Shown here: positions 1 through 9,148 of the stretch, piece after piece
How positions within the stretch are numbered: position 1 is the stretch's first letter
Layout: each line of letters opens with the position of its first letter
Position numbers and translations under genes: made by a program
The notes under the pieces: generated by a model
Databases searched by the model: none
Told to the model about the DNA's origin: nothing
What the model saw: only the letters and a program-made list of their open reading frames with translations
IMG/VR virus record: IMGVR_UViG_3300026302_000005
Location: 128,001 to 192,000 of that record
Strand: one strand, 5' to 3'
DNA from: a virus
Taxonomy: Duplodnaviria > Heunggongvirae > Uroviricota > Caudoviricetes
Length of the DNA stretch: 64,000 bases

Positions 1-1
1 T

Positions 2-721
2 ATGGCGTTCCACGACGACAACACCTCTGTGGCCTCGGCCCTGTGGCGTGAATATCGGGCCTACTATCAGGGCGAGGGAACGATTGGCCAGACCGCCGTC
101 AGAACTGGTAACGTAAACAACCTGAACTGGTCGGAATTCCGTTCTGGCAATACGTTGGTTGGTGGGGCTGTTCGAACAGAAATGGAAACCCGCCCCAGTC
201 TGGGTGCCACCATCAAGGCCAACACCGGTCGGCACTTCTTCGATGCGATTCGCATTTATGATCTGGGGTCTGATCCGGATAGCGTCAACGTCTATACATT
301 TCTGTATCCGGTATTGACCAGCTTCGATCATGACAACCTTGATTATGAGGATCGCAACGCCAATATGGGGTTGACGATGACTTTCGACTATGAGGCCCAC
401 TATCACCTGGTCGGTCTCAACAATGCACCATTCCACGATATCATCGAACAACAGTTGGGCTTCCGACCACTAACGGTTGCCGCAGGGGTTCCCGGACACG
501 CTCGTATGCGGGGTGCATCCCCAACCCCGACGGTATCGGAGTTCTCTACGGATGACACGTTTACCCCTGGTATTGGTCCTGGCGTCATCTTTGAGCCTGA
601 TGCCACGCCGATTCCACCACTGGACCCCATTACGGTGACACCGCTACCACCACTCGGGGCTGGTCAAATGTCAACACAAGAAATTCTCGATCTGATAACA
701 CGGACGGCAGCACTGGCATAA
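2..721 (+). CDS. Baseplate/tail-tube-like structural protein (probably 5'-truncated by the window)
   Basis: Motif YTFLYPVLTSFDHDNLDY...MTFDYE resembles gp19/gp54-fold tube proteins. It lies directly upstream of the gp4-like gene. Confidence 0.5.
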   Translation: MAFHDDNTSVASALWREYRAYYQGEGTIGQTAVRTGNVNNLNWSEFRSGNTLVGGAVRTEMETRPSLGATIKANTGRHFFDAIRIYDLGSDPDSVNVYTFLYPVLTSFDHDNLDYEDRNANMGLTMTFDYEAHYHLVGLNNAPFHDIIEQQLGFRPLTVAAGVPGHARMRGASPTPTVSEFSTDDTFTPGIGPGVIFEPDATPIPPLDPITVTPLPPLGAGQMSTQEILDLITRTAALA

Positions 722-1347
722 TGGCAAAGTATCGGCTCTATCAGTTCAACCCGATCAACCCGGATAAATTCCGGGGTGAAACGCTTCCGATTATCATGCG
801 GTCATCGTGGGAAATAGAATTCGCCAAGACGTGTGATCTGCTACCAACAGTCGTGTCGTGGAACTATGAAGCTGTGCAGATACCATACCGTGATCCTATC
901 ACAGGAAAGCAGAAGATTTACATCCCTGACTTTTTTGTAGAGCGGGCAGAGGCCGGTGGGTTTACGAGGCACTTCGTGTATGAGATCAAACCCATGCACG
1001 AGCAGAAAGACGAATTCGCCCGAAATAGTGCTGACTCCATGCTGGTAGCACGAAACCATGCCAAATGGGGAGCGGTAATCCAATGGTGTGACCGACATTC
1101 GGCTGAATTCGTGATTCTCAACGAATCCGATCTGTTCTCCGGTCATGAAAATCGACAGCATACGAAGTTTTCGGCCAGTGGTATGTCCCATACCAACTCG
1201 ATCAAAAAGGCCAAAGCCGCCGTATATAAGCCTAAGAAGGCCACCGCAGTAACAACAGCCAAGACTGCGATATCCAGGATGAAGACCCGTATCGAAAATT
1301 CTCGGGCCACCAAGGTATCAACGGTGCGAAAGGTGAAGAAGATATGA
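721..1347 (+). CDS. Head completion nuclease, T4 gp4-like (TnsA-type PD-(D/E)xK)
   Basis: FNPINPDKFRG..IIMRSSWE..F...CD..WNYE..IPY..YIPDFFV..EIKP motifs. Confidence 0.85.
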   Translation: MAKYRLYQFNPINPDKFRGETLPIIMRSSWEIEFAKTCDLLPTVVSWNYEAVQIPYRDPITGKQKIYIPDFFVERAEAGGFTRHFVYEIKPMHEQKDEFARNSADSMLVARNHAKWGAVIQWCDRHSAEFVILNESDLFSGHENRQHTKFSASGMSHTNSIKKAKAAVYKPKKATAVTTAKTAISRMKTRIENSRATKVSTVRKVKKI

Positions 1348-1841
1348 TCAGCCCGGTAAACAGAAAGATCGCAGGCATCCTTGGTGCAGATGTTCCCCCA
1401 GATGATCTCCCCAGTGTGGAGGTCGTTGTAATCGAACCCCATGAGTTGGTTGGGACGAGTAATCCCGATCTCCCACCACTGCACGACATTCACCGAAAAC
1501 AGCTTCAAGCAGACAAACAGCTTGAAGAAATCATCAACGCCTCACTGGGATATCAGAAAACTCTGTTTGACACAGTAGACTCGGTTGAACCAAAATACCG
1601 ATCCCGGTTGGTTGAGGTGGCGAACGGCACTATGGGGCTGGCCCTGGAAGCGATCAAGACCAAGTATAAGGCCCAGGAACTCCGCTTCAAACAACGCCTA
1701 TCCGAGGCTGGGTTCAAGACTCCCGGTGGGGCTTCTGATGATGCGCCCAACACGGTCAACAACTTCTTCTACGGATCACGGGAAGAACTGATCAGTGCTA
1801 TGCGAGTCATGAACGAAGAACCGGAAGAGCCCAAGTCGTGA
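1344..1841 (+). CDS. Putative terminase small subunit (gp16-like)
   Basis: Helical protein with a C-terminal TVNNFFYGSREEL motif like gp16 C-termini. It is close to terL. Confidence 0.55.
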   Translation: MISPVNRKIAGILGADVPPDDLPSVEVVVIEPHELVGTSNPDLPPLHDIHRKQLQADKQLEEIINASLGYQKTLFDTVDSVEPKYRSRLVEVANGTMGLALEAIKTKYKAQELRFKQRLSEAGFKTPGGASDDAPNTVNNFFYGSREELISAMRVMNEEPEEPKS

Positions 1842-1893
1842 TCGGCAGGCCGGTGGCCCGAAACGAGTAAATATTGTCGAGAGGACAACAACC

Positions 1894-2832
1894 ATGAAAC
1901 CATTCCACGTATTACTTGCCGAGCAAGACAGCGACTTCGAGTATAAGCTTTGCTCGATTGAGAATATCCATGATACCTATGTGTTGGATCGTATCCGACT
2001 GGCCCTGGGGCGGTATGGTCTCATTCGTCTCGAACCCATGGGTGTCAGTATGAAGATGTCGTCTTCGTCGAAGTCGATGTTCCCACTGTTCCCGTTGGCA
2101 CCCGTATACATGATCAAGGTGATCATGGCCAATCCTCTGACATCCCGCAATGCCATTCAGAGCATCGCTGTGTTTTCCAACGTCGATCAGAAGTTGCTGC
2201 GGTTCTTTGACATGGATGACAAGCTTGTCATGGATGGTGCTGAAACCGAACAGCATGCACACCCAGTCGAAGTCGATTCCGCATTTGCTCAATCCGAGGT
2301 CGGAGATGCTCGGGCCAAATCGCTGGTATCCGACATGATGAAGCAGCTTTCGTCCAAGAACAGCGGCGTGGTTGAAGTTCCCGTCTATGAGACCCGCATG
2401 GTAACTCATCACGAGGTCAGAACCATGTTGGGGCAGCGGGTGAGCCGTGGGTTTTACCTGGTTGAACGAGATGATCGCGGGCGTGGGAAGATCACCGGGC
2501 CGTTTGCCAAATCAGCCGACAACCTGATGTTCATGGAGAATGTTGCTCCGGTCACCCTAGTGGAAACCCGCCAGGTCGGCACCATGATGGAGTTCTCAGT
2601 CTCGCATTTCCCACCCGATGCTCAGAAGGACCCACAAGATGCTGGTCGTCGCGTTGAGCACCAGCCGATGGAAGTTACGCTGATCGATCAGGACACCGGT
2701 AAGGAATACACAGTGGTGGTTCGTGCCTCTTCTGAGGAGACTGCCCGGGCCAGTGCGGTGGAGATTTTGTCCGCGAAAACCGGGATTAACAAGGAGCGGC
2801 TGTTACCAAAAGCTCCCAACCCTATGGAATAA
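1894..2832 (+). CDS. Hypothetical virion (head-internal?) protein
   Basis: TAAATA at about 1868 and RBS GAGGA. N-terminus MKPFHVLLAE resembles a T4 capsid-targeting sequence. Confidence 0.6.
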   Translation: MKPFHVLLAEQDSDFEYKLCSIENIHDTYVLDRIRLALGRYGLIRLEPMGVSMKMSSSSKSMFPLFPLAPVYMIKVIMANPLTSRNAIQSIAVFSNVDQKLLRFFDMDDKLVMDGAETEQHAHPVEVDSAFAQSEVGDARAKSLVSDMMKQLSSKNSGVVEVPVYETRMVTHHEVRTMLGQRVSRGFYLVERDDRGRGKITGPFAKSADNLMFMENVAPVTLVETRQVGTMMEFSVSHFPPDAQKDPQDAGRRVEHQPMEVTLIDQDTGKEYTVVVRASSEETARASAVEILSAKTGINKERLLPKAPNPME

Positions 2833-2878
2833 CTGGTGGGTGATGGTAAATACTCTGTGTAATACGGAGTAATTGCCC

Positions 2879-4678
2879 ATGGCAACACTGGAAATTGACG
2901 GGGGGAAGGTCAAACCCTCCGGTTACAAACAGGAGTATACTCTGGAACAGGCCAAGGAATTGGCCCGCTGCACAGTAGACCCGGTTTACTTCATTGAAAC
3001 GTATGTGAAGCTCAAGCACCCCAAGCATGGGGCGCTTCCATTCGTCATGTATGAATTCCAGAAACGTTTGATTCAAACATACATGGGTAACCGGAAGAAC
3101 ATCGCCATGCTCTCCCGTCAGTGTGGGAAGACCGCGACTGCCGCTGCCTATTTGCTGTGGTGGTGTATCTTCAAGGACAACCAGTTTGTGCTGGTGGCAT
3201 CGAAGGATCAGGGTGGTGCCGACGAAATCATGGAGCGTCTGTGGTATGCCTATGAAGAACTCCCGTGGTTTCTCAAACCGGGTGTGAAGAAAAACGACGT
3301 CAAGACCAAGATGTTTGACAACGGATCGAAGATCATCACCAAAGCAACCACTCCGACTGCTGGTCGTGGTTTGTCCGTGTCCCTGCTGTATCTGGACGAG
3401 TTTGCATTCGTTCGTTCGAACTGGGCAGAGAAGTTCTGGACATCGATCAGCCCGACCCTGGCCACCGGTGGTAGCTGTATCATCACCAGCACTCCCAGCA
3501 CGGACGAAGACAAGTTCGCCAAAATCTGGTTCAACGCTACACCATCACCACTGTCTGACAAATGGGAAGACAAGCTGGCCAAGCGATACAAAACTGGAAA
3601 TGAAGAAGAGGAAGATGCGTATGAGACCATCTTCGAGACAACCGAGATTGCCGAAAAGATGGAGATGCTATCGGCTCTGATTCTGGATGACGATGAAGAA
3701 GAGGAAGAGGATGGGTTTGTCAGCTTCCACGCCCACTGGACGAGTGTTCCGGACCAACTCGATAAGAACGGCAACATTCTGTCCTATCGTGGCGAGAAGT
3801 TCAAGCGTAGTCAGATCAAGTCTGGTGTTACCAATGACGACTGGATGCGAGAATTCGAATGTTGCTTCATCTCGGGTGAAAACACACTGATCAGCGGTGC
3901 TAAGTTGGCAGTTTTCCGTGCCACGGTTCGTGAGCCACGGTTCGTCGATAAGTGGGGTTGCCGCTGGTATGAACCGATCCAGCCCAGCACTCCCTATGCG
4001 GTCATCCTGGACCCGTCTGGTGATGGCACCAACGGGGACGATGCGGCTATCCAGGTGTGGGAACTGCCTACGATGCGACAGGTTGCTGAATGGAACGATG
4101 CTGAGTCTGACCAGGATGAACAGGCCAGAATGCTCTATCGCGTGTTGAACCGCGTATACAAACTACAGAACAACCATCCTGAGCATGATGGGGTGAACAA
4201 CATCTATTACAGTGTGGAACGAAACGCCATCGGGATCGGGATCATCCGGGCCATCGAACATATCGGTGAGGATAAATTCCCAGGCTGGCTGATCGATTCA
4301 TCTGAGGTATCTCGAACCCCACGTGGTGAGACCATGCGAGCGGCTAACGTGAGTCGTTATCGTGGTCTGTTGACTACCCCATCGACGAAGAAGCGTTACG
4401 CACAGGACCTCAAGCAGTTCATTGAACGAAACCTGTTTACGGTTCGGTCCAAATTCCTCTCATCACAGTTGAAGAACTTCGTCAAGACTGGGCCCGGGTG
4501 GGCTGCGAAGAACGGCAAGGATGACGTGGTTATGTCGTGTGTGCTGATGTGCCATCTGATCGACGAACTCCGGTATCAGGAGCCCGAACTGGATGACTAC
4601 GTTCGTCCGGTCTTCGAGGACTATGACGAGAACGACCCGGATCACCCGGACAACGTTCCCATGATCCCGATGATGTGA
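2879..4678 (+). CDS. terL: Terminase large subunit (gp17-like)
   Basis: Walker A SRQCGKT, Walker B LLYLDEFAF, ITSTP motif III, and RNase H-like nuclease motifs VILDPS and DDVVMS. Confidence 0.95.
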   Translation: MATLEIDGGKVKPSGYKQEYTLEQAKELARCTVDPVYFIETYVKLKHPKHGALPFVMYEFQKRLIQTYMGNRKNIAMLSRQCGKTATAAAYLLWWCIFKDNQFVLVASKDQGGADEIMERLWYAYEELPWFLKPGVKKNDVKTKMFDNGSKIITKATTPTAGRGLSVSLLYLDEFAFVRSNWAEKFWTSISPTLATGGSCIITSTPSTDEDKFAKIWFNATPSPLSDKWEDKLAKRYKTGNEEEEDAYETIFETTEIAEKMEMLSALILDDDEEEEEDGFVSFHAHWTSVPDQLDKNGNILSYRGEKFKRSQIKSGVTNDDWMREFECCFISGENTLISGAKLAVFRATVREPRFVDKWGCRWYEPIQPSTPYAVILDPSGDGTNGDDAAIQVWELPTMRQVAEWNDAESDQDEQARMLYRVLNRVYKLQNNHPEHDGVNNIYYSVERNAIGIGIIRAIEHIGEDKFPGWLIDSSEVSRTPRGETMRAANVSRYRGLLTTPSTKKRYAQDLKQFIERNLFTVRSKFLSSQLKNFVKTGPGWAAKNGKDDVVMSCVLMCHLIDELRYQEPELDDYVRPVFEDYDENDPDHPDNVPMIPMM

Positions 4679-4681
4679 TCG

Positions 4682-4861
4682 TTACAGCCCGAGGTGGACC
4701 TGGCAATACTCGACCATCTCTTCGCGATCCGGCACATCAGTAGCATCGAGCGATTCGAATGCATCGGACAACAGATCGACCATGTATCGAACCTGCTCGG
4801 TGTCTTCACAGGTTGCACATGCCTCGACCAGGAATTTCTCAACTTCGGTAGTCAGCGCCAT
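4682..4861 (-). CDS. Small acidic hypothetical protein (59 aa, MALTTEVEKFLVEAC...)
   Basis: Translated manually because it is below the ORF-track cutoff. The ATG lies a few nt after the stop of the upstream minus-strand gene and a GGAG RBS precedes it. Confidence 0.55.
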   Translation of the reverse strand: MALTTEVEKFLVEACATCEDTEQVRYMVDLLSDAFESLDATDVPDREEMVEYCQVHLGL

Positions 4862-4864
4862 GGG

Positions 4865-5116
4865 TCACTCCAGCGGTGGTAAGGTTTCCAGAAACTCGAA
4901 CAGAGCATCCACCGAAGTGAACGTTCTGACTATGCGTGGGTTGGTCAGCATCGCGTGGATGCAGTTTGCGTTGTATGGGCGAATCACCCCTCGTCCCGGA
5001 AAACGCCCGTTTCCGAGCAGTCGGGTGTTCCATCGTGTTCGACGAGGAACGGGGTCGTGGTATTCGTGTGTCGTGCCCAGCAGTTCTGCGCACCGGTCAT
5101 AAAATTCTTTGTTCAT
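4865..5116 (-). CDS. Hypothetical protein (MNKEFYDRCAELLG...)
   Basis: 83-aa ORF with an RRTRWN..GNGRFPG.G motif typical of small phage proteins. Confidence 0.65.
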   Translation of the reverse strand: MNKEFYDRCAELLGTTHEYHDPVPRRTRWNTRLLGNGRFPGRGVIRPYNANCIHAMLTNPRIVRTFTSVDALFEFLETLPPLE

Positions 5117-5224
5117 GCCATGGACATAGACGATTCTTTTTCGGATGACAAGAAGAAATCTGCAACAGCCCCTTGAACCCACGTTGGGTGTTGCTGATAT
5201 ATCTGGGGAAGAAGAGGATGACCG

Positions 5225-5899
5225 ATGACTGACACCACTCATGCGACCCACCAAGCCTTCGTGGTCGAAACGGACGACACCATCGTGATTGATGGTTTAC
5301 TTGCCGCGTTCACGGATGCAGAGCCCGCATTGACTGAGTCTGATATGCTGGCAGAGTTCGCCCAACCAGTGGTTCCCACCGATATGGACCTGTCTATAGC
5401 AGAATGGAGTGATGCTGTCAATACCGCATCGCATCCCGATGGTGGCATCACCATTCGCATGAGCCTGATGGAGCACTTCGAGGGTCTTGAAATCCCCAAG
5501 TATCAATCCCATCTGGCATCTGGGTTCGACGTTCCGGCAGCTATTTCGGAGCCGATTTCCCTAAATACAATTGGAGCTACAGCGATGATCCCGACCGGTA
5601 TCAAGCTGGAAATTCCACCAGGTTTCGAAGCACAAGTCCGTCCACGGTCTGGCTTGGCAGCGAAGCACGGCATCACCGTGACCAACACTCCGGGAACGAT
5701 TGATGCTGACTATCGGGGCGAGATCAAAGTCTCACTGACGAAGGTGAACATGTCCGGTGGACGGTTCAAAGTCGAACGTGGGATGCGAATTGCTCAGATA
5801 GTGATCTGCCCCGTGGTTCAGCCCAAGCTTGAGGTCGTGAGTGACCTGAGTGAGACTGAACGTGGGGAACGTGGTTTCGGTTCCACCGGAATCAAATAA
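5225..5899 (+). CDS. dut: Trimeric dUTPase with an acidic N-terminal extension
   Basis: Motifs ASGFDV, RPRSGLA, GTIDADYRGEI, RIAQ, RGERGFGSTG. Confidence 0.95.
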   Translation: MTDTTHATHQAFVVETDDTIVIDGLLAAFTDAEPALTESDMLAEFAQPVVPTDMDLSIAEWSDAVNTASHPDGGITIRMSLMEHFEGLEIPKYQSHLASGFDVPAAISEPISLNTIGATAMIPTGIKLEIPPGFEAQVRPRSGLAAKHGITVTNTPGTIDADYRGEIKVSLTKVNMSGGRFKVERGMRIAQIVICPVVQPKLEVVSDLSETERGERGFGSTGIK

Positions 5900-5961
5900 C
5901 CCGACTACCAAACCACAAATCAAAACCAAAAACAACAAACCAAAACCAGAAAGACAACATC
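5900..5961 (+). promoter_or_regulatory. Unstructured A/C-rich leader of the ssb gene (candidate translational operator)
   Basis: About 60 nt made almost entirely of A and C (AAACC/AAAC units), with no SD motif. Confidence 0.45.
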
Positions 5962-7197
5962 ATGGCAAGACTATCTCTCAAATCCCTCCGCACGAATGTC
6001 AAGGCAGCGACACCCGGGGGCGGCAGCAACGAAGTGTGGAGTCCGATGGGCAACATGCAGGTTGGCCAGACTGCCAAAGTCCGATTCGTTCCCGGCATCG
6101 ACGAAATCTCCCAAGGCTTCTGGACCATTCAGAAGTCCATCAAGCCGACCTTTGTCAGCCCGGATGATGACTCCAAGCAGTGGTATTTCACCATCCCGTG
6201 CCTGGAGATGTATGAGGCTGCTGACAGCGGCGTCAAGTGCCCTGTTGCGAACGAGGTCCGCAAGCTGTTCGACGAAGCCAAAGCTTTGAAGGACTCCGGC
6301 ACCGACAAGGACGCAGCCGAAGCTCTGAACAGCATCGCGTTGAACCACTGGATCAAATATTCCTACCTGTTCCAGGGCTTCATGCTTGAAGGTGGCGTCG
6401 AGGGCTTTGACCCGAACGTCAACATCCCGATGCGACTGCCGAAGTCGATGTTCACCCTGATCAGCAACTCGGTGCTGTCGTCGGATTCCGGCTTCGACAC
6501 CCTGCCCACGGGTGAATACCAGATGGAGGATATCCAGGCCCTCATCGAAGGCACGATCCCCGAAGATATGTCGGAGGAGAAGTTTGCCGAACTGTTCCAG
6601 GGTCGGAACTACATCGTCCGGAAGACCAAGAAGGGCGAGCACAACAACTACGAAACCTCGTCCTGGGATATGAAGGAAACTTCGTTGACCGACGAACAGG
6701 TTGATCACCTGGCCAAAGAAGGCTTCATCGATCTTCGGAAGTTCTTGCCCAAGCGGCCTGCCGATGAACTGTATGAGGTCTACACCGACATGGTTCGTGT
6801 CAGCATCGCACACGCTCGTGGTGAGGGCGACGGACTGTGGAACCCCGAGTGGGAGGAATATGGGATCAAGCCGAACAAAGGCAAGGATTCCGAATCCGGT
6901 GACGACGATGAGCGTAAAGGCGGAAACAGCGGTGGCTCTTTGAAGTCCAGTCTGGCCAACCGTCTCAAGGGGGGAACCACAACCCCAGCCGCTTCTGGCC
7001 CTGATGGGGTTCGGAGCAAACTGATGGCGGCTCGTGGTGCTGCCAAGCAGGACAAGAGCCCAGAAGAAGCTCCGGCGACTTCGGAAGCTGCAAGCGAAAC
7101 GCCTGCACATCCTGCGGCAAAACCAACCGGCGATGGACAAATCATGTCGCTGGCTGAGCGGTTGAAAGCCAAGAAGGCGGCGCAAGCCTCGGCCTAA
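5962..7197 (+). CDS. Single-stranded DNA-binding protein (gp32-like)
   Basis: VRFVPG, PCLEMY..CPV, GRNYIVRKTKKGEHNNYETSSW. It precedes uvsX. Confidence 0.85.
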   Translation: MARLSLKSLRTNVKAATPGGGSNEVWSPMGNMQVGQTAKVRFVPGIDEISQGFWTIQKSIKPTFVSPDDDSKQWYFTIPCLEMYEAADSGVKCPVANEVRKLFDEAKALKDSGTDKDAAEALNSIALNHWIKYSYLFQGFMLEGGVEGFDPNVNIPMRLPKSMFTLISNSVLSSDSGFDTLPTGEYQMEDIQALIEGTIPEDMSEEKFAELFQGRNYIVRKTKKGEHNNYETSSWDMKETSLTDEQVDHLAKEGFIDLRKFLPKRPADELYEVYTDMVRVSIAHARGEGDGLWNPEWEEYGIKPNKGKDSESGDDDERKGGNSGGSLKSSLANRLKGGTTTPAASGPDGVRSKLMAARGAAKQDKSPEEAPATSEAASETPAHPAAKPTGDGQIMSLAERLKAKKAAQASA

Positions 7198-7204
7198 CGC
7201 CATG

Positions 7205-7238
7205 GTGGGGGGGAGCGTAACTTCTCCCCCCGCTTTTC
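7205..7238 (+). terminator. Intrinsic terminator
   Basis: GGTGGGGGGGAG/CTCCCCCCGC stem followed by TTTT. Confidence 0.65.
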
Positions 7239-7259
7239 AAACCTCATTGGAGAGCCAAC

Positions 7260-8438
7260 ATGGCAAAAAAATCATCATACGCGGCTAGATTGGGCAAGGC
7301 TCTTTCTACCATCAACACCCCGACATTCCGTAGCGGCTTTTCCAAAGTCGATACATGGATCGGATTGAGCAATTATGCAATGAACCGTCGCTGGTCTGGG
7401 CGTTTTGATCGGGCCCTGCTGTTCGGTCGTAACTACGTCTTCTACGGCGAATCCGGATCGGGTAAATCCCTGATCGCAGCTATCGCCGCAGGCAATGCTC
7501 AGAAAGAACAAAACGCCTATGTGATCTGGGTTGACGTCGAACACGCAACAGACGACGATGCCGGTCAGCAGTGGCTCCGGAATGCCGGTGTAGACCTGGA
7601 CGAAGAGAAGTTCGCCTACGTCAGTGCGGCTACTCTGGAAGAGGTCAAGACCCTCATCGCCAAGACCACCGTGGATTACCGCGATCACATCAACGCCGGA
7701 GAGACTGATCTTCCACCGGTCATGATTGTGGTGGACTCGTGGGCCGCAACCATCACGGATTCCCAGTGGGAACGAACCGGTGGTAAGGATGCTGGTAAGC
7801 TCGTCGGCGATATGGGTCAGAAGGCCAAGCAGCTTGGTGATGTCATCCTGGCCACCACTCACCTGTGTGCGGGTATTCCCGTCATGGTGATCGGTGTGCA
7901 GCACATCATGGACAACCAGGATGGTCACGGACGCAAACACAAGACCACGGGCGGCAACAAGATGATCTACTACGCCAGCGGCTGTATGCTGCTGTCGAAG
8001 AAAGAGCTTCGTCTGGAAGACGTCGATTCATCTGACGTCAAGAGTCATTATGCAGAACTCGACAAGGGTATGCTTGCTGACGTGAAGAAGGCTGGTGGCG
8101 GTGAAAAGCGAGCCGTGGGTATCATCTCGACTATGGAGATGTTGAAGTCCCGCGTTAGCAAGCCGTTTGATCGGGTTGATATCCAGATTCCCTACATGAC
8201 CGGTCTGGACCCATACTCGGGCCTGTTCGAACTGCTTATGCAAGAGGGTGTGATCGTCAAGGGATCACCCGGTTGGTTCGAATACAAGACGGCAGAGGGC
8301 GTCGTGAAGTTCCAACGGAGCAAATTCAACGACCATGCCCACAAGCTGATGGAAGTTGCTGATTCCGATATTGGCGGAACTGAGGAGCTTGAGACTGTTC
8401 CGGAAACCACCGAAGAGGAAACCGTCACTGAGGGGTGA
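7260..8438 (+). CDS. uvsX: RecA-like recombinase UvsX
   Basis: Walker A GESGSGKS, IVVDSW, DMGQKAK, TGGNKMIYYAS, KSR, GLDPYSGL. Confidence 0.92.
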   Translation: MAKKSSYAARLGKALSTINTPTFRSGFSKVDTWIGLSNYAMNRRWSGRFDRALLFGRNYVFYGESGSGKSLIAAIAAGNAQKEQNAYVIWVDVEHATDDDAGQQWLRNAGVDLDEEKFAYVSAATLEEVKTLIAKTTVDYRDHINAGETDLPPVMIVVDSWAATITDSQWERTGGKDAGKLVGDMGQKAKQLGDVILATTHLCAGIPVMVIGVQHIMDNQDGHGRKHKTTGGNKMIYYASGCMLLSKKELRLEDVDSSDVKSHYAELDKGMLADVKKAGGGEKRAVGIISTMEMLKSRVSKPFDRVDIQIPYMTGLDPYSGLFELLMQEGVIVKGSPGWFEYKTAEGVVKFQRSKFNDHAHKLMEVADSDIGGTEELETVPETTEEETVTEG

Positions 8439-8518
8439 AATTCCCCTCACCGTGATCTACATTACCGGGGGTGGCGTGTAGCCATCCCCATTTTTGTCAA
8501 AGTGCAAAGGACGCTATC

Positions 8519-9148
8519 ATGACAACACCCAGTGCTACCGGAAAAGCTTCATCTCTCCTGGCGAAGATGCGAGAACGAAATGGCAAAAAGCCCGAGGATG
8601 CCGTGGAACCTCAGACATCTGCCGCAGGAACCGATTTCACGATCATTCGCTGGTTTGACCAAATCCGCGCCAACCCGACGGTCGAGATGGTTCAACAGGC
8701 CGGGGTCTACTATGATGCGGCTGTTCAGGACGGGGCCAAATACCTCGTCCCGGTCGGAAACCTCGAAACCCTGGTGACCCAACACCCAGGTCTCACCTTC
8801 TTCTACTCCGGCATCTTGGTGGATGTGCAGCAGGCCCGTCGATGGGTTGAAGAGCGGATCGAGCGTCTTGAATCCCAGAAGCATAACTACTACATGTATG
8901 ACGATGAGGCCAAGGCCAAATATGGAGTGTTGAAGACCACCGAATCTTCCAAGCTGGCCAAGGCCGATCCGGAAGTTGTCGCCCTTTCTGATGTGGTTCG
9001 ACTGTTGGCATTCCACGAGCACAACGTTGAACGACTGGTGGGGGCGTTGGACAATCTGAAATACTCCCTCAACAACGTCGTGACCATCCGTGAGCACAAG
9101 CTCGAAGAAGTATGGGTGGACCCGACCAAGGAAACGAACAACGCCTGA
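8519..9148 (+). CDS. uvsY: Recombination mediator, UvsY-like
   Basis: Coiled-coil protein between uvsX and uvsW, with a C-terminal ALDNLKYSLNNVV..R pattern. Confidence 0.6.
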   Translation: MTTPSATGKASSLLAKMRERNGKKPEDAVEPQTSAAGTDFTIIRWFDQIRANPTVEMVQQAGVYYDAAVQDGAKYLVPVGNLETLVTQHPGLTFFYSGILVDVQQARRWVEERIERLESQKHNYYMYDDEAKAKYGVLKTTESSKLAKADPEVVALSDVVRLLAFHEHNVERLVGALDNLKYSLNNVVTIREHKLEEVWVDPTKETNNA

